Source of the DNA: Actinomycetaceae bacterium
GTDB lineage: Bacteria > Actinomycetota > Actinomycetes > Actinomycetales > Actinomycetaceae
DNA: 64,000 nt
NCBI GenBank assembly: GCA_017539125.1
Contig: JAFYHO010000054.1
Span: 12,171 to 76,170, forward strand
Reading direction: 5' to 3'
Shown here one piece after another: positions 60,457 through 64,000 of the stretch; within the stretch, counting starts at the first letter, position 1; every line of letters starts with the position of its first letter. The notes below the pieces were generated by a model that saw nothing but the letters and a program-made list of their open reading frames with translations, did no database searches and was not told the DNA's origin. A program made the translations under genes and the position numbers.

Positions 60457-62160
60457 ATGACTACCCCAGCGTCAGCCACGCCAGAAACAGGGAATCTCAC
60501 CCCGGAAGCCCCGCAAAATCCGCAAAACGCCCCCACGAATCCCGTCCCCGCGCATAACACTATGCCTCCGCAAGGGATGCCACCCCAGGGAACAGCACCG
60601 CAAGGCACACCGCACTACGCCTACATTCTGCCGCCGCAGCAAGCACCACAGCCGCGCGAACCCATTCCTTTCAGCCGTGCAGACTGGCTCATTTTTGCCC
60701 TCGCTGGCATTGAAGCCCTCATCTTCATCATCGCATTCAATATCGGCGGCAATGACGCGATGTACGGGCTGCCGGGCATTGGGCTCACCCTTATGATTTA
60801 CGCACATCTAGGATTCGTTGTCCTCGCGCTACGCGGCAAGGCACGCTACGACCGCACCACTATTTTCCTCATCGCCGCAACCCTGCTGCTCGGCGCCTTC
60901 CCCACTATCTACGGCAACCATACCCTGCGATTCCTCAATCTTCTTATTGTCTGGGTGCTCATGATTTTCACGACCTTCCTTATGTCGAATATTTGGGAAT
61001 CGGCAAAAATGCGCCTGACCCCTTTCATCTGCGCATTCACCACGTGGTTCCTCTCGATTTTCGTCCATATCGCCCGCCCTCTCGATGCAGTGCGCGCCTT
61101 TGTGCGCACACGCGAAAAGGGCAATTCAAAGAAAATCCTTCCTGTAGCTCTCGGCATTCTGCTTGCTGGCACAGTACTCGCTATCGTCCTGCCGCTGCTC
61201 TTTTCTGCCGACGCTATCTTCGCTAAAGGATTCTCTGACACTCTCGGCTCCCTCTTTTCTTTCGACGCTCCCACTCTCATCCTGCGCAGCGTCACCCTCA
61301 TCGTCATGTGGCCCGCCTTTTTCGGCGTGCTTTGGGGGCTTGCCCGCACATCAAAACCGAATCAGACAGTCACATCGACCGCTTCGAGCTTTGCTCGCGC
61401 ACTCCGCCTACCTGCAACAACGGCACTTATTGTGCTGGGCACTCTCGTCCTCGTCTATGCCGCCTTCATCTGGGTGCAGGCAGTTTATCTCTTTGGGGGG
61501 CGCACGGAAGCCATAGCTGCCGGCAGTTACAGCGAATACGCGCGCTCTGGCTTCTTCCAACTGGTCGCCGTCGCCGCTATTAACCTCGCTGTGGCGCTCC
61601 TCGCCGCCTACTCTGCGCACAACCGCCGCACCACCGACGGGGGTCTATCTCCCTCGCCGACGCCTGTTGTGCTTGTGCGGGTAGGGGTTATCCTGCTTCT
61701 TATTCAGACAGCCGTCATCCTCGTAAGCGCCTTTAAGCGCATGAATTTGTACGTTGACGCTTATGGTTTGAGCCTGCTGCGTATCTTGACCTACCTCGGC
61801 ATGGCTTTTATTGCCGTGTGCCTGATCATCGTTTGCCTCTACACTTTCCGCGCTCAAACACCTGTTTTCGCAGCTACTTTTGTTGCGGGTGTCGTCCTGT
61901 GGGCAGCTTTCAATCTCATCAATCCCGAGATGCGCATTGCCACCTATAACGTCGAGCATTACCTCAGCGGGGATATGAAAGAGTTTGACGTGAACTATTT
62001 CTGGGATTTTTCCCCAGCGGTAGCGCCCACCATTGAAGAATATCGACGCCACGAGGTTTCGCACATCGCTGACGAGGTGCTGGAACACTATCGAGACGAG
62101 GTAAAGGAGTCGCCGTGGCAGGCGTGGTCGCTGGCTTTCTTAAACAATGACAAGGATTAA
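60457..62160 (+). CDS. large polytopic membrane protein with a Pro/Gln-rich N-terminus (DUF4153/DUF4173-like; family uncertain)
   Basis: 567 aa. The N-terminal low-complexity stretch PQGMPPQGTAPQGTP is followed by at least 12 hydrophobic segments. Confidence 0.6.
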   Translation: MTTPASATPETGNLTPEAPQNPQNAPTNPVPAHNTMPPQGMPPQGTAPQGTPHYAYILPPQQAPQPREPIPFSRADWLIFALAGIEALIFIIAFNIGGNDAMYGLPGIGLTLMIYAHLGFVVLALRGKARYDRTTIFLIAATLLLGAFPTIYGNHTLRFLNLLIVWVLMIFTTFLMSNIWESAKMRLTPFICAFTTWFLSIFVHIARPLDAVRAFVRTREKGNSKKILPVALGILLAGTVLAIVLPLLFSADAIFAKGFSDTLGSLFSFDAPTLILRSVTLIVMWPAFFGVLWGLARTSKPNQTVTSTASSFARALRLPATTALIVLGTLVLVYAAFIWVQAVYLFGGRTEAIAAGSYSEYARSGFFQLVAVAAINLAVALLAAYSAHNRRTTDGGLSPSPTPVVLVRVGVILLLIQTAVILVSAFKRMNLYVDAYGLSLLRILTYLGMAFIAVCLIIVCLYTFRAQTPVFAATFVAGVVLWAAFNLINPEMRIATYNVEHYLSGDMKEFDVNYFWDFSPAVAPTIEEYRRHEVSHIADEVLEHYRDEVKESPWQAWSLAFLNNDKD

Positions 62161-62275
62161 TGCCCGCACGTAAGGAAAATCTCTTGTAGAATACCCCCGT
62201 GCGGAGCTTCGCCGTCCAATGCTGGTTGGGGTCGCCGCGCGGTTCAATAAGTCCTTACATCTAAGGAGAATATAG

Positions 62276-63289
62276 ATGAAAATTACGAAAGCAGCTTTCG
62301 CAACTCTGGCTGTCGCAGCTCTCGCTCTTGGCGGTTGTAGCGATTCGACTAGCGGAGACGCAAACAAAGATACAGCAGGCGATGCAGCATACACAGTCGG
62401 TGTTATCCAACTCGCCCAGCACCCCGCACTTGACGCCGCCACCAAAGGCTTCGAGGAGAAATTGACTGAACTTATTGAAGCGGACGGCAAAACCGTCACC
62501 ATCGAGGTTCAAAACGCAAGTGGAGATTCGGCAACAGCCGCAACCATTGCTAACGGTTTCGTCTCCGATAATGTTAACCTCATTATGGCAAACGCAACCC
62601 CAGCTCTACAGGCAGCCGCTCAGGCAACCACTGACATTCCGATTCTCGGCACGTCTGTGACCGATTATGGCGCAGCGCTCGATATCGAGGGTTGGACTGG
62701 AACTGGTTCGACTGGTTTCAATATTTCTGGCACCTCTGATCTTGCTCCTCTGGACAAGCAGGCAGATATGGTTAAGGAACTCGTCCCTGACGCAAAGAAA
62801 GTCGGCATTCTTTATTCTTCTTCTGAAGCTAACTCGGTTTACCAGGCCGAAGAGATGAAAAAGAATCTTGAAGGTCTTGGCTACGAAGTCGAGTTCTTCA
62901 CTGTTGCCGATAGCAATGACATCGCTGCCGTCACACAAAAGGCTGTGGATTCGTCTGACGTTCTCTACATTCCTACCGATAACACACTTGCTTCTGCTGC
63001 AGAAACCATCGACGCAGTGACAGGTCCTGCTAAGAAGCCCGTTATCGCTGGCGAGTCTGGTATTTGTGAAGGCGCAGGCTTGGCAACTTTGTCGATTGAC
63101 TACTACGATCTTGGCGCTAAGACTGCCGAAATGGCATACGAGATTCTCGTCAAGAACGCAGATCCTTCGACAATGGATATCCAGACTGCTGACGCAACGA
63201 AGAAGCAGTACATGGCTGAGCGCGCTGAAGCTCTTGGTATTACTATTCCCGACGACTACGAAGCAATCGTGGTTGAAGAAGAAGAGTAA
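62276..63289 (+). CDS. ABC transporter substrate-binding lipoprotein (ABC_sub_bind / TrpX-like family)
   Basis: Lipobox LALGGCS. The mature part reads YTVGVIQLAQHPALDAATKGFEEKL...VNLIMANATPALQAA.... Confidence 0.8.
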   Translation: MKITKAAFATLAVAALALGGCSDSTSGDANKDTAGDAAYTVGVIQLAQHPALDAATKGFEEKLTELIEADGKTVTIEVQNASGDSATAATIANGFVSDNVNLIMANATPALQAAAQATTDIPILGTSVTDYGAALDIEGWTGTGSTGFNISGTSDLAPLDKQADMVKELVPDAKKVGILYSSSEANSVYQAEEMKKNLEGLGYEVEFFTVADSNDIAAVTQKAVDSSDVLYIPTDNTLASAAETIDAVTGPAKKPVIAGESGICEGAGLATLSIDYYDLGAKTAEMAYEILVKNADPSTMDIQTADATKKQYMAERAEALGITIPDDYEAIVVEEEE

Positions 63290-63323
63290 TAGCGCGATTT
63301 AGTAGCTTATTACATAGCCATTT

Positions 63324-63363
63324 GCAAGGCTGGTTGATACTCTAGGGTGTCAGCCAGCCTTGC
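63324..63363 (+). terminator. hairpin between the binding-protein and permease genes (partial terminator or processing site)
   Basis: GCAAGGCTGG - 20-nt loop - CCAGCCTTGC followed by TTGTATT. Confidence 0.4.
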
Positions 63364-63381
63364 TTGTATTAGAATGCGGGA

Positions 63382-64000
63382 GTGCAGTTTTTACTTTCGT
63401 TCTTCAACGCGCTTCCTGGCGCTGTCGCCCAAGGAATCATTTGGGGCATTATGGCAATCGGGGTCTATCTGACGTTCCGCCTGCTCGATTTTCCTGATTT
63501 GACTGTTGACGGCTCTTTTGCAACTGGTGGCGCAATCACAGCAATTCTTGCCACGCAAGGTGTCAGTTTGTGGATTTGCGTTCTGCTTGGTTTCCTCGTT
63601 GGTTGTTTAGCGGGCTTGATGACGGGCATTTTCCACACGAAGTTTGGTATTCCCGCGATTTTGGCGGGTATTTTGAGCCAGTTGGCGCTCTACTCTATCA
63701 ACCTGCGGATTTTGGACAATAAAGCAAATCAGCCGCTCAATGCGCGCAATTACAATTTGATGCTTTCGCTTAACGAACCCGAATGGGCCATTGTGGTTTC
63801 TGGGCTTTTCTCCCTCGTCCTTATCGTCATCTTGTACTGGTTCTTTGGGACAGAGCTGGGCAGCGGTATTCGCGCAACGGGAACGAACCCAGCGATGTCT
63901 CGCGCAAATGGTATCAACACGAGCCGTAATACGATTATTGGCTTGGTTCTTTCTAATGGTCTTGTGGCGCTCTCGGGTGCTTTGCTGGCACAGTATCAGG
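63382..64000 (+). CDS. ABC transporter permease (branched-chain/BPD_transp_2 type), 5' part running off the right edge
   Basis: Missing from the ORF track because it is open at the right edge. My translation from GTG 63382 reads VQFLLSFFNALPGAVAQGIIWGIMAIGVYLTFRLLDFPDLTVDGSFATGGAITAIL...GIRATGTNPAMSRANGINT.... Confidence 0.8.
   Translation, partial: MQFLLSFFNALPGAVAQGIIWGIMAIGVYLTFRLLDFPDLTVDGSFATGGAITAILATQGVSLWICVLLGFLVGCLAGLMTGIFHTKFGIPAILAGILSQLALYSINLRILDNKANQPLNARNYNLMLSLNEPEWAIVVSGLFSLVLIVILYWFFGTELGSGIRATGTNPAMSRANGINTSRNTIIGLVLSNGLVALSGALLAQYQ

Noticed and set aside
62162-62205. Hairpin as a terminator of the 60457-62160 gene
   Set aside because: It has only a 7-bp stem, a ~29-nt loop and no T-run, so it is too weak to call as a terminator. 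It is mentioned only as part of a possible leader structure.

Overview
This is a 64-kb chromosomal window from a high-GC Gram-positive actinobacterium. The topA-tmk-holB order, MurT/GatD, Ino1 and lysine-tailed TopA suggest a Bifidobacteriaceae- or Actinomycetales-like organism, but that is inference only. Housekeeping genes present are clpB (5' part), ybaK, holB, tmk, topA, galE, gatD/murT, rmlD, panE, dnaB and ino1. They are interleaved with accessory blocks. (1) A BceRS/BceAB-type peptide-antibiotic sensing and detoxification module lies at 4.0-9.3 kb. (2) A visibly lower-GC island runs from about 14.4 to 33 kb. It holds a membrane-anchored PstS-like protein, a secreted beta-helix protein, and a large glycopolymer locus built from two convergent operons. 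That locus has three tandem LicD genes, a TagD::Gfo/Idh/MocA fusion, a HisC-like aminotransferase, a TarI-like cytidylyltransferase with an SDR, two GT2 genes, DUF4422, a small phosphoglycosyl transferase, a Wzx flippase, and two acyltransferase-3 genes, one of them frameshifted. I rank this locus as the most likely undescribed system: a teichoic-acid-like, polyol-phosphate-decorated wall glycan. (3) Three secreted proteins share a C-terminal RLYNP..HHYT..GW..EG repeat triplet, a putative wall-glycan anchor. (4) A TetR / degenerate ABC ATPase / YhgE-Pip operon has a perfect 16-nt operator palindrome. (5) Four DnaA boxes cluster in the AT-rich region upstream of dnaB. (6) A small accessory islet at 57-60 kb carries VapBC, an AAA/DUF4143 ATPase bracketed by 29-bp direct repeats and preceded by five 23-bp tandem repeats, and a DUF2975 + HTH pair. 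(7) A modular palindromic repeat family (arms CCGTCRTYGCGAGGAG / CTCCTCGCRAYGACGG) occurs at five or more intergenic loci, and is also embedded in frame in holB and at the 5' end of the LMW-PTP gene. I recognised no rRNA, tRNA, CRISPR array, transposase or integrase. All calls rest on reading the translations and the DNA by eye; no database search was possible.
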